From the NCBI GenBank assembly GCA_007694025.1, contig RECL01000266.1, forward strand, positions 1 through 37,619: a stretch of DNA of 37,619 nucleotides, given 5' to 3'. Shown here piece after piece: positions 19,175-27,138 of the stretch (positions are counted from its first letter, which is position 1; each line of letters starts with the position of its first letter). This DNA comes from Spirochaetaceae bacterium. GTDB taxonomy: Bacteria; Spirochaetota; Spirochaetia; DSM-27196; SLST01. Made by a program: the position numbers and the translations under genes. The notes below the pieces were generated by a model. It saw only the letters and a program-made list of their open reading frames with translations. It did no database searches and had not been told where the DNA came from.

Positions 19175-19765
19175 CTACTGGAGCAGGTTCGACAGGAATC
19201 CCTGGTCGAACGCCGCGAACGCGAGCGCGACGAGCCCGAGCGTGACGAACGTGATCGGCTTTCCGCGCAGACGAGCGGGCACCCACTCGGACTCGATCTG
19301 CGCGACGATCGACGCGACGATCGTCGCGACGAGCACGAAACCCACCCCGGCCGCGACCGCGGCAGCGATGCTGTGGGCGAACCCGAGTCCGACCTCGGCG
19401 ACGATCAGAGAGACCCCGAGCACCGCGCTGTTCACTGCCACAACCATCAGGTCATCCGATACAACCGCGTATACCGACGGCAGCGCTACACGCAACCCGT
19501 GATCGATTGCCGAGACGAGTCCATAGACCGTGAAGACGTAGACGAGAGTCCGGAGAAACCAGAGGCCGAGCGGACCGAGGATCAGGCTGCCCACCAGCCA
19601 CGTCGCGGCGGTCGTCACCGGCATCAGCACCGTCATGATCGCACCGACCCGCACTATGCGCCCCAGCGAGGCCTCGCCGTCGACGATCAGGCAGAAGCCC
19701 AGGAACCGGTCGAGCACGATGTTCGACGCCAGAACGAAGGTCAATACGACAGCGATCGTGCTCAC
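19175..19765 (-). CDS. rnfA: Rnf subunit A (divergent)
   Basis: NIVLDRFLGFC, FLRTLVY, NSAVLG, VPARLRGKPITFVTLGLVALAF. Confidence 0.85.
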   Translation of the reverse strand: MSTIAVVLTFVLASNIVLDRFLGFCLIVDGEASLGRIVRVGAIMTVLMPVTTAATWLVGSLILGPLGLWFLRTLVYVFTVYGLVSAIDHGLRVALPSVYAVVSDDLMVVAVNSAVLGVSLIVAEVGLGFAHSIAAAVAAGVGFVLVATIVASIVAQIESEWVPARLRGKPITFVTLGLVALAFAAFDQGFLSNLLQ

Positions 19766-20466
19766 ATGCGCTCCAGGGACTCAGAGTCGAGCTGGGGGTC
19801 GGGACCAGGCTGGGGGTCGGGATCGGGCGCGTCGGCCGGGCGGGTCGCGCGAAGCACCCTTCGCGCATCGATCCACGCGTGAAGCGCCATGATGTATCCG
19901 ACCACAAGAAAAGCGCCGGCCGGAAGCGCGAACGCGGCGACACCGGATGGTTCGGCCGCGAATCGTATCACGCCGTCGAACGATCCGATCGCAAAGAGCG
20001 TCAGCGTGGCGCTTCCGATGATCTCGCGAACGGTGCCGATGAGGGTCAGGCCGAGCAGGAACCCTATGCCCGTCCCGACCGCATCGCGGACGATGTCACC
20101 GGCAGGCTCCCCGTCGGACCGGACGGCCGAGAACCCGCCGGTGAGGATGAGCGAGTTGATCGCAAGAAGCGGTACGTAGATGCCAAGCGCCGCGGAAAGG
20201 TCAGGAGCGTACGCCCGGACGATGAGATCGGCGATCGACACGAAACCGGCGACAACGGCAAGGACCACCGGAAAGCGGATACGCCGGTCGATCAACTCGC
20301 GCAGCAAAACAAGCGTGCCAGCGCTCAGGACCAGTACCAGCGTGAGCACGACGCCCAGGACCAGCGGGTAGATCGCGTGCGTCGCAACCGCGAGCGACGG
20401 ACACAGCCCCACCGTGAGTACGATAACGGGGTTCTCGCGGAAGACGCCGCGCGGCATGCCGGTCAA
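19762..20466 (-). CDS. rnfE: Rnf subunit E (divergent)
   Basis: ENPVIVLTVGLCPSLAV, LGIYVPLL, VREIIGS, LPAGAFLVVG. Start is TTG 20466 (GGAGG upstream) or ATG 20457. Confidence 0.87.
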   Translation of the reverse strand: MTGMPRGVFRENPVIVLTVGLCPSLAVATHAIYPLVLGVVLTLVLVLSAGTLVLLRELIDRRIRFPVVLAVVAGFVSIADLIVRAYAPDLSAALGIYVPLLAINSLILTGGFSAVRSDGEPAGDIVRDAVGTGIGFLLGLTLIGTVREIIGSATLTLFAIGSFDGVIRFAAEPSGVAAFALPAGAFLVVGYIMALHAWIDARRVLRATRPADAPDPDPQPGPDPQLDSESLERM

Positions 20467-20615
20467 CGGGCCCTCCACGCGACACGCGCAGCAGCTTCCA
20501 GTTCGGCCGTCGACTCCAGGCGCCCCGACAGCAGAAGCGCGACCAGCGAGATGATCAGCGCTACAATCACGACCACAAGGGTTACGGTACCGACCCTTTG
20601 AACGCTTTCGTTCAC
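20463..20615 (-). CDS. 50-aa single-TM peptide at the rnfG position (mini-RnfG, no FMN-binding domain)
   Basis: Below the ORF-track cutoff; read by hand. GGGAGG SD; GTG overlaps the rnfD TGA; MNESVQRVGTVTLVVVIVALIISLVALLLSGRLESTAELEAAARVAWRAR; its TGA overlaps the rnfE TTG. Confidence 0.75.
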   Translation of the reverse strand: MNESVQRVGTVTLVVVIVALIISLVALLLSGRLESTAELEAAARVAWRAR

Positions 20616-21715
20616 GGTTTCCTCCCGGCGCCGGCAATCGCACGCACACGGCCTCCGGGGTCGCGGCGACGGCGAGTCCCGAATCGGCGCGGCCGCAACC
20701 CGCGGTTCAGAAGCGGCACAACGGTGTTCATGACCAGCACCGCAAACGCTCCGCTACCGGGGTACGCACCGTAGAAGCGGAACAGAAACGTGAGCGCGCC
20801 GGCTCCCGCTCCGTAGACTAGCATCCCCGTCCGGTTGGTCGGAGCGCTGCTCAGGTCGGGGGCCAGGTAGAACATCGCGAACACCACGCCGCCGGAAAGC
20901 GTATGGAACAGCACATCGCCGGCCATGTACCCGTCGCCGAACACCAACCCGCCGAAGACGCGTGTCACGATCGCGTACGACGCGAAGTAGGCGGCGGGGA
21001 TCTCCCAACGAATAACCCGCGTCGCGACCAGCGCGATAGTGCCGATCAGAAGCAGCGCGACCGCCCCCTCACCGATCGCGCCATCGACGTACCCCAGGAA
21101 GAGGTCGACATAGCCGCCCGGCAGGTTCGCGCCCACAACGGTCAGAACGCGTGCGTTCAACCAATCGGTCACCGACGCATCGACGCTCGAAACGGGGTAA
21201 CCGACCGCGCGCAACAGACCGACGGGTCCACCGACGGGGCCGGATGCGGTCTCGAGCGCGCCGCGCACGGTGGCAAGAACGGTGGCCGACGACTCCCCAT
21301 CGACTCCGGGTCCGATCATCTGACGATTCCAGGAGTAGAACGCAAAGACAAGCCCGCCGGCGGCGGCATTCATCCAGTTTCCGCCAAGGCCACCGAAGCT
21401 CCACTTGACGACGAGCATCGCGAAAATCGCGGCGGTCGCCGGCACGTGCAGACCGACCCAGGGCGGCATCGCCATCCCGATCAGCAACCCGACAAGCACG
21501 GCGCTACCGTCGCGTAGCGTCGGTCGACGCCGGATCAGGCCGATCACGCCTTCGCTGATGACAGCGGCACCGACCGCAACCATGATGATAAACAGCGCGG
21601 GTGTCCCGTACCGGTAGACTCCCCAGCCGGCTGCCGGCAGGAGCGACAGCGCGATTGCCCACATCATGCGGCCGGTCGTTGCCCGATCGTGAAACTGCGG
21701 CGGATTCGCCGACAT
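20612..21715 (-). CDS. rnfD: Rnf subunit D
   Basis: MMWAIALSLLPA, DGSAVLVGLL, FGGLGGNWMN, DGESSAT flavinylation-like motif, GAIGE. Start is 21715 (GAGG SD) or 21730. Confidence 0.9.
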   Translation of the reverse strand: MSANPPQFHDRATTGRMMWAIALSLLPAAGWGVYRYGTPALFIIMVAVGAAVISEGVIGLIRRRPTLRDGSAVLVGLLIGMAMPPWVGLHVPATAAIFAMLVVKWSFGGLGGNWMNAAAGGLVFAFYSWNRQMIGPGVDGESSATVLATVRGALETASGPVGGPVGLLRAVGYPVSSVDASVTDWLNARVLTVVGANLPGGYVDLFLGYVDGAIGEGAVALLLIGTIALVATRVIRWEIPAAYFASYAIVTRVFGGLVFGDGYMAGDVLFHTLSGGVVFAMFYLAPDLSSAPTNRTGMLVYGAGAGALTFLFRFYGAYPGSGAFAVLVMNTVVPLLNRGLRPRRFGTRRRRDPGGRVRAIAGAGRKP

Positions 21716-21726
21716 GACCGTACCTC

Positions 21727-23034
21727 TCATCGGTTCGCCTTACCGTTGCGTAACCCGTCGACGAGCGGGATCCGCGACGGGCAGACGTACCCGCACCCGC
21801 CGCACTCGGTACAATCGAAGAGCCCGTAGTCGACCGCATCGCCCGAGCGACCGTGAGCCACCAGCTTGTAGAGCTGCGCGGGATCGAGCCCCATCGGGCA
21901 CGCCTCGGCGCACCGACCGCACCGGATGCATCCAACGATCGGCGCCGCGTTCACTTCGGCCGCGGTCAGCACAAGGACGGCCGTCGTGTACTTGAGTACG
22001 GGAGTCGTCAGGTCCGTTGTGGCGTAGCCGCGTAACGGTCCACCGATGACGATCCGGGCGACCGGGTCGGTCACGCCGCCACATTCGGCAAGCAGGCCCC
22101 CGATCGGGGTCCCGATACGCACCTTGATGTTCCCCGGCCGGGCGACGCCTCTCCCGGCCACGGTGACGACCCGCTCGTAGAGCGGCTTGCGGGTGACGAC
22201 GGCCTCCCAGATCGCGTAGAGCGTCGCGGCCGAAATCGTTACGCAGCCGACATCAATCGCGTGCCCATCAGACGGCACTTCCAGACCCGTGACCGCGCGG
22301 ATGAGCTGCCGTTCGTCACCCTGCGGGTACTTGACCGACAGCCGCACGTAGTCGCGTCGGCGACCGTCGTTGTCGTGTGCCCGCATGCGTCGCATAGCAT
22401 CCCGCTTGTCCGCGCCGATTCCGACCGCGACGCGGTCGGGTGCGAGCAGTCGCTCGACGATCTGAAGCCCCTCGAAGATCTCGGCAGGGTGCTCGACCAT
22501 CAGCCGGTGATCGGCACAGACGTACGGCTCGCTCTCTGCACCGTTGACGATCAGCCACCGGCACGAAGCAGCCGCCGTGGCGTCGATCGCCGCGTGCGTC
22601 GGCTGTGATACGCCCGACATACCAACCACGCCTGCGTCCTCTATGAGCCGAAGGAGCGTACCCGGGCGTAACGTCTTCCATTCATGCCTCGCAAGGACCT
22701 TTCCCAGGCGGTCAAAGGAACCGGCAAGGTCGATGACTGCCGCCGTGGAGATGACGCCGTCGGGAAGCGTCACGGGGCGAATCTCACGGACCAGCCCGGG
22801 AATCGGGCTGTGCACGTGAGCGCAGAGGTCGCCGACCGCCCGACCGATTCGCGTGCCCTCGCCGACCCTGTCGCCGGGAGCCACGCACAGTTCGGCGTCG
22901 GGACCGTGCGACTGCCGTAGCGGGACGATCGAGACCGCCGGAAGGATCGCGTTCCTGATCGCGCGCCGGTGCGCCGCGTGCTTGTGGTGGACCGGATAGA
23001 GACCCCCGACCGGAAAGGTTGCCGTACGCATCAT
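21727..23034 (-). CDS. rnfC: Rnf subunit C
   Basis: VHSPIPG, NGAESEPY..ADHRLM, KYPQGDE, and two ferredoxin motifs CIRCGRCAEACP and CTECGGCGYVCP. Confidence 0.93.
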   Translation of the reverse strand: MMRTATFPVGGLYPVHHKHAAHRRAIRNAILPAVSIVPLRQSHGPDAELCVAPGDRVGEGTRIGRAVGDLCAHVHSPIPGLVREIRPVTLPDGVISTAAVIDLAGSFDRLGKVLARHEWKTLRPGTLLRLIEDAGVVGMSGVSQPTHAAIDATAAASCRWLIVNGAESEPYVCADHRLMVEHPAEIFEGLQIVERLLAPDRVAVGIGADKRDAMRRMRAHDNDGRRRDYVRLSVKYPQGDERQLIRAVTGLEVPSDGHAIDVGCVTISAATLYAIWEAVVTRKPLYERVVTVAGRGVARPGNIKVRIGTPIGGLLAECGGVTDPVARIVIGGPLRGYATTDLTTPVLKYTTAVLVLTAAEVNAAPIVGCIRCGRCAEACPMGLDPAQLYKLVAHGRSGDAVDYGLFDCTECGGCGYVCPSRIPLVDGLRNGKANR

Positions 23035-24548
23035 GCCACGAGCCTTCGACGGCGCAGAGCATCAAGAAGGCTCGAATGGAACCTGTATCGCAACGGTCGG
23101 ATTGGTGCGAGTATCAGGAGTGGCAGCGACGTCAGGAGAATGTACATAGCGTGAAGCACGATGTGCGGGTACCGCGAGTATAGTGCGTCGGTCGGTGTCA
23201 GAACAACCCCCACGGGTCGCCCGAACGACGCGAGCATCGAAACGATCCCGCCAGGAGCCGAGCCGATCGCGTGATCGATCCAGCTCTGATCGAACGTCGC
23301 GACGGTCTCGCGAAAGCTCGAGTACGACCCGTCCGCCTCTTCGCGAAACCGGTTCAGCGTGACCACCGTCCCGGGCGCCGGGAAAGCATACGCGTAACCG
23401 TACGCGAGTGCCTCCTGGTACGCGCGGTGCGCGATGTAGTCGGCGATGCTCGGTAACTCGAAGCGGGCATCCGACCAGAGACGCAGCAGGTCCTCATGGT
23501 CGAATCCAGCCGCGCCAGCCGCCTCGACAACGGGTCGACGGACCGGGGCATCGGGCATGAGTCGATCGACGATCGGCGGCAGTACGAGCAACAGGGTCCA
23601 CAGCGCGGGCAACCAGCGCTCGAGGCCTCCGAGACCACGGTGTGAGCGCAGGATTGACACGGGCACGAACGGCCGATGCCCGTCGTCATGGCGCCGTGCC
23701 GCAGCGATCAAATGCGCCACAGAGCGGGCAAGAACGAGCACCGCGCCGGCTCCGCTCGTACCAATCAGGTACGCAACAAGCGCGCGCCCACCCGCCACGG
23801 CGACCACGTAGACGCCCGACAGGCCGACCACCGCGGCGACCATCGCGACCGCGCGCACCGACACGAGCGCGACCACGTCGGACCTTCGGGCGCGCTCGTC
23901 CCGATCGATTCTGTGCCCGACGGCCGTCGATGCAAACGTGACGGCCGCGGCAACCGCGGCGGCGAGCGACCCGGTAGCGATCACCGGTACGAGCGGAACG
24001 GCCAGCGCGAGAACCACCACTCGGCCGCGTCCGTAGAGCACGGCGGTGCCTCCGACGACGAGCGCGAACAGTGCGACCGACAACGCGTACGGAACAGCGT
24101 ACCATTCGGCGACCCGGCTTCCCGAACCAAGCACATCGCGCACAAACCGGTTCGCGTTCCACAAGGTTCCGGGAATCCGCGCGTAGAGCGCGTTCGCGCC
24201 ATCGATCACGAAGTACAGACCAAGGGCCGTGATGAACGGATCGCGACGCGGATCGAGCGGATCGAGCCGGGTCAGCGCCGCCGGAAGCGACACCGCGTCG
24301 ACCCCGTCGAACCTGCTCACAAGCACCTTCGTCGTGTGCGGTGCGACGATGTGGTCGACTCCGGCGGCGGCCAGGAGCGCAGCGGCTTCGTCGTGACTCA
24401 GCGGCGTCACCACCGTGAGGTACGGATCGAGCGGCTGCGAGCGCCGGTACAGCGATGGAACGATAGCGACCGCGGTCACCGCGAACAGCAGGACGACCGA
24501 AGAGAGGCACACGATGAGTGTCTGGAGCGCAGGGAACCGGTCGATCAC
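23031..24548 (-). CDS. Hypothetical polytopic membrane protein coupled to rnfC
   Basis: Several hydrophobic segments flanking two soluble regions; 4-nt start/stop overlaps with both neighbours. Confidence 0.75.
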   Translation of the reverse strand: MIDRFPALQTLIVCLSSVVLLFAVTAVAIVPSLYRRSQPLDPYLTVVTPLSHDEAAALLAAAGVDHIVAPHTTKVLVSRFDGVDAVSLPAALTRLDPLDPRRDPFITALGLYFVIDGANALYARIPGTLWNANRFVRDVLGSGSRVAEWYAVPYALSVALFALVVGGTAVLYGRGRVVVLALAVPLVPVIATGSLAAAVAAAVTFASTAVGHRIDRDERARRSDVVALVSVRAVAMVAAVVGLSGVYVVAVAGGRALVAYLIGTSGAGAVLVLARSVAHLIAAARRHDDGHRPFVPVSILRSHRGLGGLERWLPALWTLLLVLPPIVDRLMPDAPVRRPVVEAAGAAGFDHEDLLRLWSDARFELPSIADYIAHRAYQEALAYGYAYAFPAPGTVVTLNRFREEADGSYSSFRETVATFDQSWIDHAIGSAPGGIVSMLASFGRPVGVVLTPTDALYSRYPHIVLHAMYILLTSLPLLILAPIRPLRYRFHSSLLDALRRRRLVA

Positions 24549-25024
24549 AACAGCGAGAACGCGAGCGCTATGAAGAAGCCCAGGATGACGCCAACTGTTA
24601 CCTCGGTGGGAGTATGGCCATTGACCTCCTTGACGGGTTCATACGCGTAGCCGGTGAGTTCGCGCATTCGTGCGCCAAGCTCATTGAGCGCGCGGGCCTG
24701 CATGCCGGCGCTCCTGCGGACACCGAGCGCATCACGGATAACGAGTACGCCATAGAAGACGCTGAGCGCGAAGATCGGCGAGTTGGTCCCGTTCGCGAAG
24801 CCGATCGACGTCGCAAGCGACGTCACCAGCGAGCTATGGCTGCTCGGCATGCCGCCGGTCTTCCAGAACATCGTCGACACGACCTCCCCGGATGTCCGTG
24901 AGCGCTGCCGCGTGATGTCGATAATCGTCTTCAGCAGCTGCGCGATGAACCAGGAGAAGAAAGCCGATAGGAACACCGGCCCCGACACCAGACCGTACAG
25001 GGCGGTGACGCGATGCGCGTCCAT
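24545..25024 (-). CDS. Divergent PAP2 family (DUF212) membrane protein
   Basis: AQLLK, TGGMPSSHSS, DALGVRRSAGMQA, KEVNGHTPTEV. Start at ATG 25024. Confidence 0.92.
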   Translation of the reverse strand: MDAHRVTALYGLVSGPVFLSAFFSWFIAQLLKTIIDITRQRSRTSGEVVSTMFWKTGGMPSSHSSLVTSLATSIGFANGTNSPIFALSVFYGVLVIRDALGVRRSAGMQARALNELGARMRELTGYAYEPVKEVNGHTPTEVTVGVILGFFIALAFSLL

Positions 25025-25031
25025 GCATCGT

Positions 25032-25060
25032 AGAGTGTCGGCACGCAATGGCTTTGTCAA
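25032..25060 (-). promoter_or_regulatory. Putative promoter of the PAP2-rnf operon
   Basis: Perfect TTGACA (25060-25055), 17 nt, weak -10 CACTCT, then 7 nt to ATG. Confidence 0.45.
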
Positions 25061-25098
25061 GCAAAGCCACCGGGTGGTGACGACGGACCCTCGGCGCG

Positions 25099-25107
25099 TG
25101 GTATGCT
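25099..25107 (+). promoter_or_regulatory. Extended -10 for the pseudouridine synthase gene
   Basis: TG-G-TATGCT, 8 nt before ATG 25116. Confidence 0.5.
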
Positions 25108-25115
25108 CAGAGGCG

Positions 25116-26162
25116 ATGCCAGACGCACCAGTAGTCCGGATTGGAGACGACGACAGCGGCCGCAGGCTCGACCGCGTACTCAGAAAGGCATTCCCGGCGG
25201 TTCCGGTCGGCAGGATCTTTCGCGCGATCCGATCGGGAGAGGTCCGAATCAATGGTCACCGCGTACCGGGCAGCCACCGGGTCGCAAGCGGCGACGAGCT
25301 GCGGATCCCCCCGGCGTTCTCCGGCGAGCAGTCGCTCACCGCCGAGCACTCCCCCTCCCCCGACCTTCCGATCGAGCAGCGCGACCGGATCGTCTTCGCG
25401 AACCACGACATCGTCGTCGTGAACAAACTCGCCGGAGAGCTCACGCACGGCGAGCAATCGCTCGAAACGCTCGTTCGGCGGTGGGCGCCTGCGCCGTCGG
25501 GGATCAGCTTCCGGATCGGCCCCGCGCATCGGCTCGACCGCAACACCAGCGGGCTGATCGTCTTCGGGATCACTCGAAGCGGTGCCGAAGAGGCTGCGGC
25601 GGTCTTTGCGAGCGGATCGGTCGTGAAACGGTACGTTGCGCTGCTCGGCGGGCGGATCGAAACGAGCGCGGTGTGGGACGAGCCGCTCGAACGCGACGGC
25701 TCGTCGATGATCACCCGGGTCCATGGGCGAGAGTACTCGCCCCAGCGAGAGTACTCGCCCCAGCGAGAGTACTCGCCCCAGCGAGAGCACTCGCGGGCGA
25801 TGGCGGTCACCCGCGTCGACCCGATCGCTACCACCGAAACGCGGACGCTCGCGATCGTGACGATCGAAACGGGCCGGACGCACCAGATCCGGGCGCACGC
25901 CGCGTACCACGGGCACGCGCTGTGCGCCGACGTCAAGTACGGCGGAACCGGATCGGGCGTGCCCGCGCGGATGGCGAACGGAAAGCCGTTTCGCCGCTAC
26001 CTGCTGCACGCGGCATCGCTGACGCTTCGTCGACCGTCGCAGATCCTTGGGTTCGACCACCTGTGGGCCCCGCCGCCTCCCGACTCGCTGCGCGCGATCG
26101 AAGCGCTCTTCGGCCGTCGCGTGCTAGAGACTCTCATCGAAACGGTGGCAGCGCACCGGTAG
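25116..26162 (+). CDS. RluA family (RluC/D-like) pseudouridine synthase with S4 domain
   Basis: RRLDRVLRK S4 domain, VNKLAG, catalytic HRLDRNTSG, TGRTHQIRAH, LHA. Confidence 0.93.
   Translation: MPDAPVVRIGDDDSGRRLDRVLRKAFPAVPVGRIFRAIRSGEVRINGHRVPGSHRVASGDELRIPPAFSGEQSLTAEHSPSPDLPIEQRDRIVFANHDIVVVNKLAGELTHGEQSLETLVRRWAPAPSGISFRIGPAHRLDRNTSGLIVFGITRSGAEEAAAVFASGSVVKRYVALLGGRIETSAVWDEPLERDGSSMITRVHGREYSPQREYSPQREYSPQREHSRAMAVTRVDPIATTETRTLAIVTIETGRTHQIRAHAAYHGHALCADVKYGGTGSGVPARMANGKPFRRYLLHAASLTLRRPSQILGFDHLWAPPPPDSLRAIEALFGRRVLETLIETVAAHR
25727..25794 (+). repeat. 18-bp in-frame tandem repeat, 3 copies plus a partial
   Basis: GCGAGAGTACTCGCCCCA x3 then GCGAGAGCACTCGC; encodes REYSPQ x3 REHS. 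Confidence 0.97.
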
Positions 26163-26183
26163 CAGACCGCAGAGCCGACGGGA

Positions 26184-26212
26184 TTGGTAGTCGGCGTCGT
26201 GCGGTCTATACT
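26184..26212 (+). promoter_or_regulatory. Putative promoter for the 26218 gene
   Basis: TTGGTA, 17 nt, TATACT, then 5 nt to ATG. Confidence 0.55.
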
Positions 26213-26217
26213 GAAGC

Positions 26218-27081
26218 ATGGCCAAAATGCTCGAACGCCTGCTGTTCCGGCTGCGCGGTATCAAGGTGTACGCGCTCGTCGGCAAGAGCGGCTCCGGAAA
26301 GAGCTTTCGCGCGCAGCTCCTCGTCGAGAAGTACGGTATCGATCTGATGATCGATGACGGGCTGTTGATCAAGGATCGCAGGATCGTCGCGGGCCGTTCG
26401 GCGAAACGCGAAAAGAACTACCTCGCCGCGGTGAAGACCGCGCTGTTCAACGACCGTCAGCACCGGAACGAAGTCCTCAGCGCGCTCGAATCGATCAAGT
26501 TCAAGCGAGTACTGATCCTCGGAACAAGCGAGCGGATGGTCATCAAGATCGGCAGGGTGCTGAAGCTGCCACCGATCCACAAGGTCGTGCAGATCGAAGA
26601 CATCGCCACCGCGGAGGAGATCAACACCGCGATTCACTATCGCAGCGTCCAGGGGCGACACGTCATCCCGGTTCCGTCGGTAGAAGTGAAGCGCAACTAT
26701 CCGCGAATCATGGCCGACTCGGTTCGCTTCTTCTTCCGCAAGGGGTGGCGCAGACGAAACACGCTCTTCGAGAAGACGGTCGTACGCCCCGAGTTCAGCC
26801 GCAAGGGTGAAGTGAGCATCTCAAAAGGAGCGCTCACGCAGATGATCCTGCACTGCGTCGACGAGTACGGCAACGGCATCGGGATCAAGCGGCTCTCGAT
26901 ATCCAAGGATCGCGAGGGATACCACATAGATCTCTATCTCAACGTGCCGTTCGGAGTACAGCTTGCAGGCACGATCCACGAGCTGCAGCGCTACATCGTA
27001 GAGCAGATCGAACGCTACACCGGCATCATCATCGACGAGCTGAACGTGACAATCGAGAATCTAGAACGACCGGAGCCGTGA
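26218..27081 (+). CDS. P-loop protein with C-terminal Asp23/Gls24-like domain
   Basis: GKSGSGKS, IDDGLLI..GRSAKRE; C-terminal G.V.IS...LQRYIVEQIERYTGIIIDELNVTI. Confidence 0.8.
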   Translation: MAKMLERLLFRLRGIKVYALVGKSGSGKSFRAQLLVEKYGIDLMIDDGLLIKDRRIVAGRSAKREKNYLAAVKTALFNDRQHRNEVLSALESIKFKRVLILGTSERMVIKIGRVLKLPPIHKVVQIEDIATAEEINTAIHYRSVQGRHVIPVPSVEVKRNYPRIMADSVRFFFRKGWRRRNTLFEKTVVRPEFSRKGEVSISKGALTQMILHCVDEYGNGIGIKRLSISKDREGYHIDLYLNVPFGVQLAGTIHELQRYIVEQIERYTGIIIDELNVTIENLERPEP

Positions 27082-27088
27082 AAAACGT

Positions 27089-27131
27089 TTGACAGCGTAA
27101 TCGGCGAGCGACTACTATTCGAGTCAGGAGG
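27089..27131 (+). promoter_or_regulatory. Sigma70 promoter and SD for the 27139 gene
   Basis: TTGACA, 18 nt, TACTAT; AGGAGG at 27126-27131. Confidence 0.7.
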
Positions 27132-27138
27132 CTCCGGA

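Noticed and set aside
20467-20649. Cys-rich N-terminal extension of RnfE as a possible Fe-S domain
   Set aside because: No ferredoxin spacing; the region is better explained by the SD-led 50-aa ORF in another frame.
25025-25252. Mutually overlapping extensions of the DUF212 and RluA ORFs
   Set aside because: Family motifs begin at 25024 and 25116, leaving a divergent promoter gap.
25727-25794. Possible CRISPR mini-array
   Set aside because: Units are contiguous with no spacers, lie in frame within a gene, and there are no cas genes.
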